Positions 35,982-45,500 of a DNA stretch of 64,000 nt are shown piece by piece. The stretch is taken from the IMG/VR virus record IMGVR_UViG_3300033121_002338, positions 1 to 64,000 of that record; one strand, written 5' to 3'. This stretch comes from a virus (taxonomy: Duplodnaviria > Caudoviricetes). Under the pieces are notes generated by a model. It was given only the letters and a program-made list of their open reading frames with translations, was not told the DNA's origin and ran no database searches. A program made the position numbers and the translations under genes. Each line of letters starts with the position of its first letter. The stretch's first letter is position 1.

Positions 35982-36198
35982 TGAATATGAGCGGAGTTGG
36001 GAATTGATTCAGGAGGAACAGTACCAACTCAAGACTCATGGCAATCTGACTTTATTCGAACAATCCCAGATGACCGCCGAGGAGCGAGCCTGGTGGATTA
36101 GAAGGATCAATCGGGACCGCCAGGAGCAGCAGGAACGCGAGCGGAACTCTGGGTCGGCGATGCCGAGAATGCCATCTATGCCACGCATCCGCCGATGA
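35982..36198 (+). CDS. short chaperone-like ORF (gp51/TAC-like); start is TTG ~36004 or reached by frameshift
   Basis: EEQYQLKTHGNLTLFEQSQMTAEERAWWIRRI in the +1 frame, with no ATG near its beginning. Confidence 0.55.
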
Positions 36199-36257
36199 GC
36201 CCGGGGTAATCCCGGGCTCTGTTGTTAACAAAAATATAATAACCACAGGAACACCAT

Positions 36258-37121
36258 ATGAGCTGCCCCGCTTTAGTTGGAGCCAGGCCCAGAATTAGTG
36301 CGCGGCGGGGCCAGGTCGCCGACCTGAATGTGAATTTCTACAATGCCGGAGTTCTAGCCGATCCTTTTGCCATTTATAAAGTTGAGATTTATAAGACTCA
36401 GATCTTACCCCACAATTTGGTCGCCACAATTCCGGTGGTGGCTCCTACCGATGACCTCTACCCGGCACCAGTCTGCCAGGAGACCGAGGCGACCCAAACC
36501 GGCGCCTGTGGCACGGAGCCTGATTCTGATGCCACCCCAATTGTTGGCAAATACCATCTGCCGTACTTGGTGCCGAACGACGCTGTAGTACCGGATATTT
36601 ATTTTGATCTCTGGTATTATTACCCAACCAATCCGGTCCAAGACGGCACTTCGCCGACCGCCGATGAGCTAGATGACGACCAGTCGTTGGCCCAATTGTT
36701 GACCTGTTGCCACCGCTTTTGGGTGTATCCGGAAGAGTGGTTCTGCGGCGATGGCCTGCAGACCGTCAGGTTTGACTTCGAGCCGCTCGATCAACGTTTT
36801 CATTCGCCGGAACGCCGGCCGCTTGAGCTTGGGATCGTGCCGTTGCCGCTGTATGATTTCAATTACAATTTAGTGATGCCTCTAATTCCGTTTTTGAAAC
36901 CGACGATTTCGATCGAGACTCAGAATTGCGAATTGTTGGTTGATAAGGAGGAGTGCCGGATTGGTCTCCGGCAGGGTTCTTATCGTTCCCATCCCTGGGT
37001 TATCCAGTATGAGCTGGACACGACTCGTTTCTTGAAGGGGACGTATCGTTATTTTGTGACTGTCATGCTGCCCGATGGCTCGACGCGGGTGAGTCGTAAG
37101 TTTATTATCACCGTCTCCTGA
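36258..37121 (+). CDS. hypothetical virion-region protein
   Basis: 287-aa ORF preceded by an aaaatataat motif and an RBS-like aggaac. Confidence 0.7.
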   Translation: MSCPALVGARPRISARRGQVADLNVNFYNAGVLADPFAIYKVEIYKTQILPHNLVATIPVVAPTDDLYPAPVCQETEATQTGACGTEPDSDATPIVGKYHLPYLVPNDAVVPDIYFDLWYYYPTNPVQDGTSPTADELDDDQSLAQLLTCCHRFWVYPEEWFCGDGLQTVRFDFEPLDQRFHSPERRPLELGIVPLPLYDFNYNLVMPLIPFLKPTISIETQNCELLVDKEECRIGLRQGSYRSHPWVIQYELDTTRFLKGTYRYFVTVMLPDGSTRVSRKFIITVS

Positions 37122-37133
37122 GTGGGGTGAGCC

Positions 37134-37553
37134 ATGCCGTCGATGCCATTGGTCCGTCTACGCCAATTGTGTGACTCACTTGATCGGGAGGAGAGTTTGG
37201 CTGACGGTTTCTTCCAGCGTTCGCCAGACCTGTTGGCTGTAATTGACCATGATGGATCATTTATCAAAACTAGCCGGTCCTGGAATAAATTACCTGGGTG
37301 GGATTGTAACGATAATCTGTTTGATTTTGTTCGCCCGGACTGTCGTGTCGCTTTCCGGGACATGTTAGCCAGCCTTTCGGATCACGATGTGAATAGCTTC
37401 GATTGTGCAGTTGGCACGGTCGATGATGGATATGTTGATATCAACTTCTCTGCCACCAGGTGGCGGGACGGTCGATCGAATTTGATCGGCCGGATTGGTA
37501 ATGAGTTGAAGGACGCCCATGCCGAACACCACAAACAAGCCGACCGGGGGTGA
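37134..37553 (+). CDS. stand-alone PAS-domain protein
   Basis: FFQRSPDLLAVIDHDGSFIKTSRSW..LPGW....LFDFVRPD matches the PAS consensus. Confidence 0.7.
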   Translation: MPSMPLVRLRQLCDSLDREESLADGFFQRSPDLLAVIDHDGSFIKTSRSWNKLPGWDCNDNLFDFVRPDCRVAFRDMLASLSDHDVNSFDCAVGTVDDGYVDINFSATRWRDGRSNLIGRIGNELKDAHAEHHKQADRG

Positions 37554-37944
37554 CGCAAACGGTTGGACCGAGTATCGTAGACTGGTTCTCGCCGAACTGG
37601 AGCGGCTCAGCCGTGAACTCCAACAAATCCAATCGCAGATTGCAAGCTTGCAGCTGGTCTTGAGCCAATCTATCAACGACAACAAGCACACGACCAGCGA
37701 GAAAATCAGAGAGGCCACTAACAAGTTGGATGACACCTACGAAAAACGATGCAAGGAGACTGGGACCGAGACCGAGAAATCGTTAAAAGAACTGGAAAGG
37801 AAACTGGAGAAGGCCGACGAAACCATCGAAAAAGTGGCCAAGGACCTGCACGGCCTCAATTCCAAGGCCATGGCTCTTGGGGCTGCCGCCGGCTTCATCA
37901 TGAGCCTGGTCGGGCTAATGGCTTCTATCTTCTTCAAGAAATGA
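37519..37944 (+). CDS. coiled-coil protein with a single C-terminal TM helix (holin-like)
   Basis: Long heptad region, then AMALGAAAGFIMSLVGLMASIFFKK. Confidence 0.55.
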   Translation: MPNTTNKPTGGDANGWTEYRRLVLAELERLSRELQQIQSQIASLQLVLSQSINDNKHTTSEKIREATNKLDDTYEKRCKETGTETEKSLKELERKLEKADETIEKVAKDLHGLNSKAMALGAAAGFIMSLVGLMASIFFKK

Positions 37945-37954
37945 TCGATAGTAT

Positions 37955-39043
37955 TTGACAGCTATGGCTTACAGTCCCAATAAGGCCAGAGTCCACCTCC
38001 CGTCTCCCAAGATCAAGGCCTGGATCGAAAGACACTTCCCCGACTATCGTACCCGCCGTGAAGGCCAAGAATATCTGATTTGCAACCCCTTTAATGGGGA
38101 CAGCAATTTCAAGATGAACATCAACCCAGACAAAATGGTCGTTCACGACTGGCGTGGCGATGACTGGGCCAAAATCAACCCACAGACCGGCAAACGAAAA
38201 TGTTCGTTCATCGACTTTGTGATGCTCTACAAGTCGTTTAGCTTCGACCAAGCGGTCCGCGACATCCTCCAAACCACCGGACCCATCGCCCCGATGCTCC
38301 AACCAGCATCCCGGGAACCGGAGCAAGTATTTCAGATCGAATTGCCCAAGGGCGCCAACAAGATCGCTGACGAATTAGACCACCCGGAAGTAAAAATCCT
38401 CCTCCACTGGCTCAAGGGGCGTGGGTATACTGTCGAGGAGATCGCGGAAAATGAATTATATCACGCTGGCGTAGAGTGCATCTGGCCTTACTTCGAATTC
38501 GAAGAGATCGTTTATTGGCAGAGCCGGAATCGCCTTGACAAGATCTATCGTTTTCCGCCCACCAAGATCAAGGATAAGGACGGGAAAATCATAGGTAAAA
38601 GCGAGTATGGTAAGGGGGATTTCCTTTACGGATTTGACGACTGCCTGGACTCGAAATACGCGATTATCACCGAATCGATCTTTGGCAAGCATACCCTCGG
38701 GGAGCACACGCTGGCGACCGGCGGGGCCGCAATCACCCCAAGCCAGATCAAGAAACTCAGTATCCTGGCGCCCGAGTCAGTTATCCTCTCGCCCGACAAC
38801 GATCGAGCGGGGATCAAAAGTGTGCTGACCAACGGCCGCGACCTGCTGAGAGCTGGGTTTAAGGTTTATTATAGCCTACCGCCAGCCACGCCCCATGGCG
38901 ACGGACACATCAAAGATTGGAACGAAATGTTCGAGACTTTGAAAATGAGCAAAAAAGAGATTAGGTCCACCCACGACAAGTCGATCCGTGCCTTCGACGA
39001 GCGTGGGAAGGACGATCTGTTCCGCCGTCTCTACTCAAGCTAG
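37955..39043 (+). CDS. DNA primase (Zn finger + TOPRIM)
   Basis: ICNPFNGD...VVHDW; PYFE...YWQSR; AIITESIFG; SPDNDRAG; KDWNEM. Confidence 0.85.
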   Translation: MTAMAYSPNKARVHLPSPKIKAWIERHFPDYRTRREGQEYLICNPFNGDSNFKMNINPDKMVVHDWRGDDWAKINPQTGKRKCSFIDFVMLYKSFSFDQAVRDILQTTGPIAPMLQPASREPEQVFQIELPKGANKIADELDHPEVKILLHWLKGRGYTVEEIAENELYHAGVECIWPYFEFEEIVYWQSRNRLDKIYRFPPTKIKDKDGKIIGKSEYGKGDFLYGFDDCLDSKYAIITESIFGKHTLGEHTLATGGAAITPSQIKKLSILAPESVILSPDNDRAGIKSVLTNGRDLLRAGFKVYYSLPPATPHGDGHIKDWNEMFETLKMSKKEIRSTHDKSIRAFDERGKDDLFRRLYSS

Positions 39044-39622
39044 TGAACGGCCCACTGCTTCCTCCACCTTTCTGATTAGCTCGTATAATGGCGATGACTT
39101 GGTGATCGCCCTTGCGAACTTCATGATTGTGCTCGTGTTAGCCACAATCGGTAGGTCGTAGACGTGGTCGGCGGTGAGCAAAAACTCAAAGCCGCTCCGG
39201 CCGTCATAGACCTTTTTGGTCTGGACGTTGATCCAGATGCCAGGGTTGCAATTTGGGTCCTGTAGCTCGGTGTCGGTGGCCAGACTAAAACCGGCCTCTT
39301 TGACGTTGACCCATCGCAGGCTGTGGCATTTGTTGTTCGTGCCGACAATGGCTGCTTGCAGGTTCATCTCGTCGAATTTCTTGCGATCGACGGGATTGTA
39401 ACCCTTGCGGCCTTTCTCCCGCCGTTTCTTGTCGATCAATTCAGCGGCCTCATAGTCATTTGCCATGGTCACTTGCTGGGTCTGTCCGCCGGTGCCGATG
39501 CGTCCCCACCGGGAGTGGACGATTTTGGTGGATTCGTCGTAGCGGCAAGCCCAGAATTTGTTGTGGTTCTCCTCGTTGCAGACTAAGATGGTTTCGTTTT
39601 TGTAACGGTCCAGCCAGGCCAT
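39035..39622 (-). CDS. WGR-domain protein
   Basis: NHNKFW...VHSRWGRIGTGGQ...KKRREKGRKGY. Confidence 0.8.
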   Translation of the reverse strand: MAWLDRYKNETILVCNEENHNKFWACRYDESTKIVHSRWGRIGTGGQTQQVTMANDYEAAELIDKKRREKGRKGYNPVDRKKFDEMNLQAAIVGTNNKCHSLRWVNVKEAGFSLATDTELQDPNCNPGIWINVQTKKVYDGRSGFEFLLTADHVYDLPIVANTSTIMKFARAITKSSPLYELIRKVEEAVGRSLA

Positions 39623-39649
39623 AGATGACTCGGGTTAAAGGAAATTGCC

Positions 39650-39696
39650 TTCATTGACACAATACATCGACTCAACAGATGTATTGTGTCAATGAA
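39650..39696. promoter_or_regulatory. perfect 19-bp inverted repeat with a TTGACA on each strand, between divergent genes
   Basis: ttcattgacacaatacatc-gactcaaca-gatgtattgtgtcaatgaa. Confidence 0.65.
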
Positions 39697-39710
39697 CAAA
39701 GGAGATATCG

Positions 39711-40319
39711 ATGTCGGTTAAATTGAGCCAAGCTCAGACTGATGCGGTTAACCAGGTTATGAATGAGACCGTGGCTAAATTCGTGAATGACTTGCCGCAA
39801 TCGATTACGGCGAAACTGCACCAGGCCGTTATTTATGCCATGGGGTTGGAGGACTCTTTTGGTCAGTGGAAAGTGATAAAGAATGAGCAGACTATTATCA
39901 CCGATCTGGTTAAGACCAAGGCGGCGCAGCTTGCCGCGGCGATGGCGCCTTGTGTCGATGAAGCTGTTGAAATGGCCAAAAATGACCCGGAATTCCGGAA
40001 GCAATTGGTCCAGACCCTGGCGGCAGAATTCAGAAATAAGGTTCAGTACGCGCTACTCAGCGTTATTTCCCTTAAGGCCAAAGAAGCGATCTCGGCGATC
40101 GTGGAAACCACTTTTGGCGGCGAGAACGGGAGGGTCGGTGTCGGTCTGGTGTTCGGGTCGATCGACCCGAACGATCCGAAGTCGTTCGAAGGTGTGGTAG
40201 GCGAACGGGTGTTGGCGATTCTGGCCCGTGCCGCCGCCGCTGGCAAGACTGCTAGCGCCACCCGTAAGTTTTCCATTCAACACGGCGCCAGCCGTGTTAT
40301 TATAGATGGTGCTGGCTGA
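39711..40319 (+). CDS. hypothetical helical protein
   Basis: RBS aaggag, 202 aa. Confidence 0.7.
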   Translation: MSVKLSQAQTDAVNQVMNETVAKFVNDLPQSITAKLHQAVIYAMGLEDSFGQWKVIKNEQTIITDLVKTKAAQLAAAMAPCVDEAVEMAKNDPEFRKQLVQTLAAEFRNKVQYALLSVISLKAKEAISAIVETTFGGENGRVGVGLVFGSIDPNDPKSFEGVVGERVLAILARAAAAGKTASATRKFSIQHGASRVIIDGAG

Positions 40320-40572
40320 TGATCTGGAAATTCCCTTGATTGATCTGTCGATAATGCATTCGATAGGCGTTTGGGCAGTGGTCACGTAGCCACTGGACGC
40401 GACGTGGTAGACTGGTCGCGTCCAGTAGCTTGCGGTGTTTTAGTATTGCGGCCCTTTCTTCATCGCTCACTTCTTGTGCTAACACCCCACATAATTTCCC
40501 ATTTCGTTCGCCGATTTTCAGGAACAGGAAATATTGGTTCTTTGGGATGTATCTAATGAATAGGAGTTCCAT
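40300..40572 (-). CDS. hypothetical protein
   Basis: 90-aa ORF with ordinary protein composition. Confidence 0.55.
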   Translation of the reverse strand: MELLFIRYIPKNQYFLFLKIGERNGKLCGVLAQEVSDEERAAILKHRKLLDATSLPRRVQWLRDHCPNAYRMHYRQINQGNFQIISQHHL

Positions 40573-40599
40573 CGCAAATCCTTATGGCGAATATAACGT

Positions 40600-41880
40600 A
40601 TGCAACCAGTTGCCAATGCTACCCCGCGGGTCCGGATTACCTTCGATTTGGGAGGTTTGACCACCACCGACATTGGCTATGCCTACAATAAATTCGAATT
40701 TCGAGGTATGGTCAACGGTGGCTATATTATTAAAGCAACTCTGATCGATGCTAATTATAATATCCTCAACAATTTAATTGAGAACGGCTACCTTAAGGAG
40801 AGCCGATCCAAGCCGGTCTACGTTACTTTTCAGATCCAAGCTGGCCCGCAAGGGACTTATCCAAACAGTGCTACCAGGGTTCAGAAGGCTATTTTGGTGT
40901 CGCTCTCCACAAAAGCCGGCCCTGACGCAGGTCGGTTGGAATTCGTGGCGATAGACCCACCATCATGGTATCTCAACCGCGGGGACGCCTCCGGCCAGTC
41001 TTATAAGGGGCGAGTGGATCAGGTCATTCAGAAAGTTGTCAACCAATATGCTCCGGGGATCTCGGTCGAAGTAGGGCGTACTGTTGATTCTGAGCAGAAT
41101 CGGTGGTGGATGATGCGACAGGACCCAAAAACCTTTATATCCAGCCTGATGGATTGGTCGGCGTCGATCACCCAGCGCAAGACCCAATGGTTGTTAGAAT
41201 CAGACGGCAATCAACTGGTAATCAAGGAGCAAGGGATGCTCCAGTCGAAACAAAGGGCCTTCTACCGCTACTTTGATATCAACCACGGTAATACTATTAG
41301 TTCTATGGAGTTGCTGGCTGATAATGCTTTGAATGTGGTTCAGTCGAAGCTAATCACCGCTGGTTCGGCGGCGATTTCCGGCCAATATCTGGACCGTATC
41401 ACCGACCAGTCGGAGCGCAAGGTGTTTGTTAAGGATAGCCGGACTGAGAACAAGCAGATTGCTAAAGTCAACGACGATCAGGCTTTCTCCCACGAGGCCG
41501 ACAACATTGGCTGGACCCAAGTTAGTGCTGTGCCTGAGATTTACTCTGCTGGCGACCTCGGTATTGGCTACGACGAATATATCGATGGTAGACCGCGTGC
41601 TATGTGGCTGAACCTGGTTAATTCGCTTCTGCGGGCGAAATTTTCGGTCTTGGGCCACGGCGAATGGTCAAGCGGCCGTGGGCTCGGGGTCGATACGATT
41701 TTCGTGAAATGGACTGCTGCTCGCCGCAGTGGTAGTTCTGATTATTGGTGGGTTACTGGTAACTGGCTGGTATATGGCTTCCACCATGTGGTCAGTCGCG
41801 ATAAGTGGATGACTGACCTGTACTGCGCACGATATGAGGCGGACTCGGTGGCTCATCAGGTTGGCGGCCTGATAGCATAA
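40600..41880 (+). CDS. baseplate hub / late control D-like protein (gp27/Mu gp44-like)
   Basis: SYKGRVDQVIQKVV...WWMMRQDP..FI..L...WLVYGFHHVV...W.TDL; position in the tail module. Confidence 0.6.
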   Translation: MQPVANATPRVRITFDLGGLTTTDIGYAYNKFEFRGMVNGGYIIKATLIDANYNILNNLIENGYLKESRSKPVYVTFQIQAGPQGTYPNSATRVQKAILVSLSTKAGPDAGRLEFVAIDPPSWYLNRGDASGQSYKGRVDQVIQKVVNQYAPGISVEVGRTVDSEQNRWWMMRQDPKTFISSLMDWSASITQRKTQWLLESDGNQLVIKEQGMLQSKQRAFYRYFDINHGNTISSMELLADNALNVVQSKLITAGSAAISGQYLDRITDQSERKVFVKDSRTENKQIAKVNDDQAFSHEADNIGWTQVSAVPEIYSAGDLGIGYDEYIDGRPRAMWLNLVNSLLRAKFSVLGHGEWSSGRGLGVDTIFVKWTAARRSGSSDYWWVTGNWLVYGFHHVVSRDKWMTDLYCARYEADSVAHQVGGLIA

Positions 41881-42371
41881 GATCCCTCGCGCCGGGTGTA
41901 GTCGTGGAACTTGTTGTACAGCATCCCGCCAACAACCCAACTGCCAGCGATGATCCCCAGTTTGGTCACTGGGTCCAGGGTCGGCTCGAACTTCCCGGCC
42001 TTCTTGAGTTGAAGGGCGCGGAGGTGGCCACTCTTGTATTTAAGAACGTGCTCGCGGCTCCCATGAAAATTCGGGTCTAGAACTTTTTTCGTATCAACTT
42101 CGGCCTGTAGGAGGTTGATTTGTTCGAAACTCATTTTCAGGACCTCCTGGACAATGACGTCCTCCTGGGCGTCGTGAATGGTTTCGCACAAGTCATTGTG
42201 GTAATATGGGTAGCCGCGTTCTACCAACGCGGGTTTGCCGCTCTTCTTTTGTAGTTCGGCATTAAAGTCATCGACGACTTTTTGATACCAATTATGGAGC
42301 CTTTCCCGCCAATTTTTGGGCTCGATTGGTATGCCGGTTACGATTCGACGGGCGACTGGTAGGTCACTCAT
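41856..42371 (-). CDS. hypothetical protein
   Basis: 171-aa ORF with an RBS-like ggag. Confidence 0.6.
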   Translation of the reverse strand: MSDLPVARRIVTGIPIEPKNWRERLHNWYQKVVDDFNAELQKKSGKPALVERGYPYYHNDLCETIHDAQEDVIVQEVLKMSFEQINLLQAEVDTKKVLDPNFHGSREHVLKYKSGHLRALQLKKAGKFEPTLDPVTKLGIIAGSWVVGGMLYNKFHDYTRREGSYAIRPPT

Positions 42372-42592
42372 ATGGGCACTCCTGCTTGTTTATTGCAGGG
42401 GGATTCCCCACAATAAATATACACACTTCGCTTCCAATACGTCGGAAATTTTCGTGGAAGACCGCAAGATAATAGTAATAGTATCGGAGATGCTGCGTAA
42501 GGCCGGGGCGACAGTCGGCTGAATGCTTTTCTAAATTGCTGGTGGCTTGCCGGAATTGATATCGCAAAGATACCTAGAATACGAGGTATCTC

Positions 42593-45500
42593 ATGCGATC
42601 AGACCCGTCAGTCTATGCACTTAGCGTTCAGCTTAGCCTAGAATCTCAGGCGGCATTTGCCTCCCTGGATACCTTCAGCGACAAAGTTGTCCAGATCGAG
42701 AGCCAGGTTGCCAGTGCGGCCAAAGAGGCGATTGCCTCGATTACTGCCATTACCACTGAAGCCAACAAAGCACTCCTGGATTTCTCTCAGAGTTTTCAGG
42801 GGATCGATTCGACCACGGTCAAGATTAATACTAATCTAGCCGAGGCTTCCAAAGAACTCCAGACCCACCTCGACAACAGTGACGATCGACTCAAGGACGG
42901 CAAGAAGGAATTCAAGCAGAAGCAAGAAATCAAGGAAATCTTAGAAGAATTTTCCGATATCCTAGAATCTCACCATGTACAATGGAAAGGATTCTATGAT
43001 TTAACTGGGAAGATTATCGAGGCGGTCAAGAAAAAGAATCTAGGCCACAAAGAACAAAATAAACTACTCACAAACGATGTGGAGTTGGCCGGGGCTTTTG
43101 GCTCGGCCACCGACAGGAACACAGGTCTACTGAATGACCAAGGGAGGGTCGTAGGCCAGAATAACCTGACATGGGCATCCATTTGGAATTGGATTCAGAG
43201 ATCCAGTGAAGCCACTGAGCGTTTCGTTGCCACCAATTATCGTGCCTACGGTTCCCAGTCTGATCTGTTGGCTAATGCTCGTGCTCTCGGGATCGCTAAC
43301 GGGATCATGAGTCAGCAGACCCTCGAGGCCTATGCGGTCATGGGGAATTTGAAGGTTCCCCGTGAGGAATTGGACAAGTATGCAGATATCGTGGCCAAGA
43401 CCAGCCGCGCGACCCAAGTCGGCATAGGCCAAGCCGGTGAATATGCCAATCGCCTCCGCGTCGTCGGTCTGTCCCTACCCCAGGTAGAACGACAGTTGGT
43501 CCACATCACCGAAGCCATGCGGAAATTCGGGCTCTCGACCCATGACGTCCAGAATTTGATGGCCGGTTCGTCGGTCGAATTACTCAAGCTTAAGAATGCT
43601 TTCGGTGGTTCAGCCGAGCAGATGATTAAATTGGAGGAAGGCCGCTTCATTATGGCCGGCCTAGGCAAGCAAATCGGCCTGGGTAGCGAGGGGGCACGCG
43701 ATTTCTATAATTGGATCACCAGAGACTATGAAGCGTTGGCCCGTTTCGGTGCCTTTGCCGGCATGGCGATCAAGAGCGCCGAAGACCTGAACCAAGCCCA
43801 GATCAAGGCCGGCGTTAGACTAGAACAGGAGATGACGGCCCGCGAAGAACTGGTCAAAACCGGCAAGATGAGCATCCAGGTTGCCCAGGCCTACAATAAC
43901 GCGATCAGAGACAGTTTCTATGGCGGCTCCGACGCTGCTATGCTTACTTCCCGTGAATTCGGCAAAGTCGCTAAACAACTGGGGCTGACCGGAAGCAGTG
44001 CCGACGAATTCAACCGCATTATGGAGAGGGTCAACCAAAACATCAAAGACCCCTTCAGTGAAGCAAACCGCAGCTTTATTGCCCAGTGGCGGCTGTTATC
44101 GGATCGGTTCTGGACAGTTACCGATGCTATCGGTGCTCTGGTCGGCGATGCTCTCATGCCACTGCTCCAGGCCCTCAACTGGACTATTACCCAAGCCTTC
44201 GCGGTCGGCCAGGCATTCGCCGACGTTATCCACTGGCTCGAACAGATCCCGGGCCTTGGCTATGTTATCACCTACTTCAAATGGACTGCGAAAGCAATCG
44301 CTGCAGTTGCCATCGCTTTGGTCGTCCTGACCGCCGCGGCAGTCTCTTTCATGGGGGTCTTTGGTTCAATCGGCGGTCTGTTCGCCAGACTAGCTATGGG
44401 GATGCAATTCGCCCTCAATTTCATCCTCAATCTGGCTAGCGTTGTCGGCCAAGGGATCGTCATCCTCCTGACTAGTATCGGGCAAGGCTTCTTAGCCCTC
44501 GGCAATCTGGTCAGGAGTGTGACGGTGCCATTGCTGGCTCTGGGAGCAGCGTTGCTGATGGCCGGTGGCGGGGCTTACCTGTTTGCGCTCGGGGTCAGAA
44601 CAGTCGCCGAAGTAGGTTGGGCTGCCATCCCGGCCATGCTTGGCTTGATTGCCGCCGTGGCCGTTCTTGGTGTCGTGCTGGTGGGGATAGCCACCCTCAT
44701 CCAAGGTCCGATTGCCGTTGGAATGGTTGTCCTTGGAGCCACCCTGCTCATGATCGGGGCCGGCGCCTGGCTGGCCGGCCAGGGTCTCGCTGCGGCCGGG
44801 GCAGGACTCACAGCCATCGCCGGTGTTATGAGTTTTGAACTGTTGACTTTCCTCGGCGGGCTTGGGATAGCCGTGGTGGCGCTGGGGGCCGCCTCCCTGA
44901 TCGGTGCACCAGGAATCGTGGCATTGTCAGTGGCCCTGTCAGCATTGGGCTTAGCTCTCCGTCTGGTGGTTTGGCCGATGGAAACCCTGATGGCGGTGGC
45001 CGCTAAATTCATGGGGGGTGTAGAAAAACTGGCCGTGGCCATTGGGTTTGTTATGACCGGCTTGGTGGGTGGCATCAAGGACCTGGCTGCGGTTTCCCCG
45101 CTATTGGTTTTCGCCGCCACGGCAATCTTGGCCGGCGGCCTGGCGATGATCCCGGCGGCCATAGCACTAACGGCAGCCGGCACGATGCTCTTGCCCGGGT
45201 CCATTCTGATGGCTCAAGTGGGTAGGTTCATCGAAGTTGGTGGCCAGTCCCTCTTGGCCGGTTCGCCGCTGCTGGCCGCCGGAGCCCAGCAACTTCAGGC
45301 CGCCGTAAACGCACTCTGGGACGTAAACGGGCTCTTCAAATCAGCCAGCCTGCTGTTGCCAGGCGCGGCGGTGCTGGTGAAGCTGGGGGCCGCTATCCTG
45401 CTTGGCGGCAAGGGCGTAGCAGCCGGTAGCGCCGCCCTTTTCGTTGGCACCGAAAGATTGCGGGACGTGGCCGGGCTATTTCAGGGGGTTGCCGCGACTT

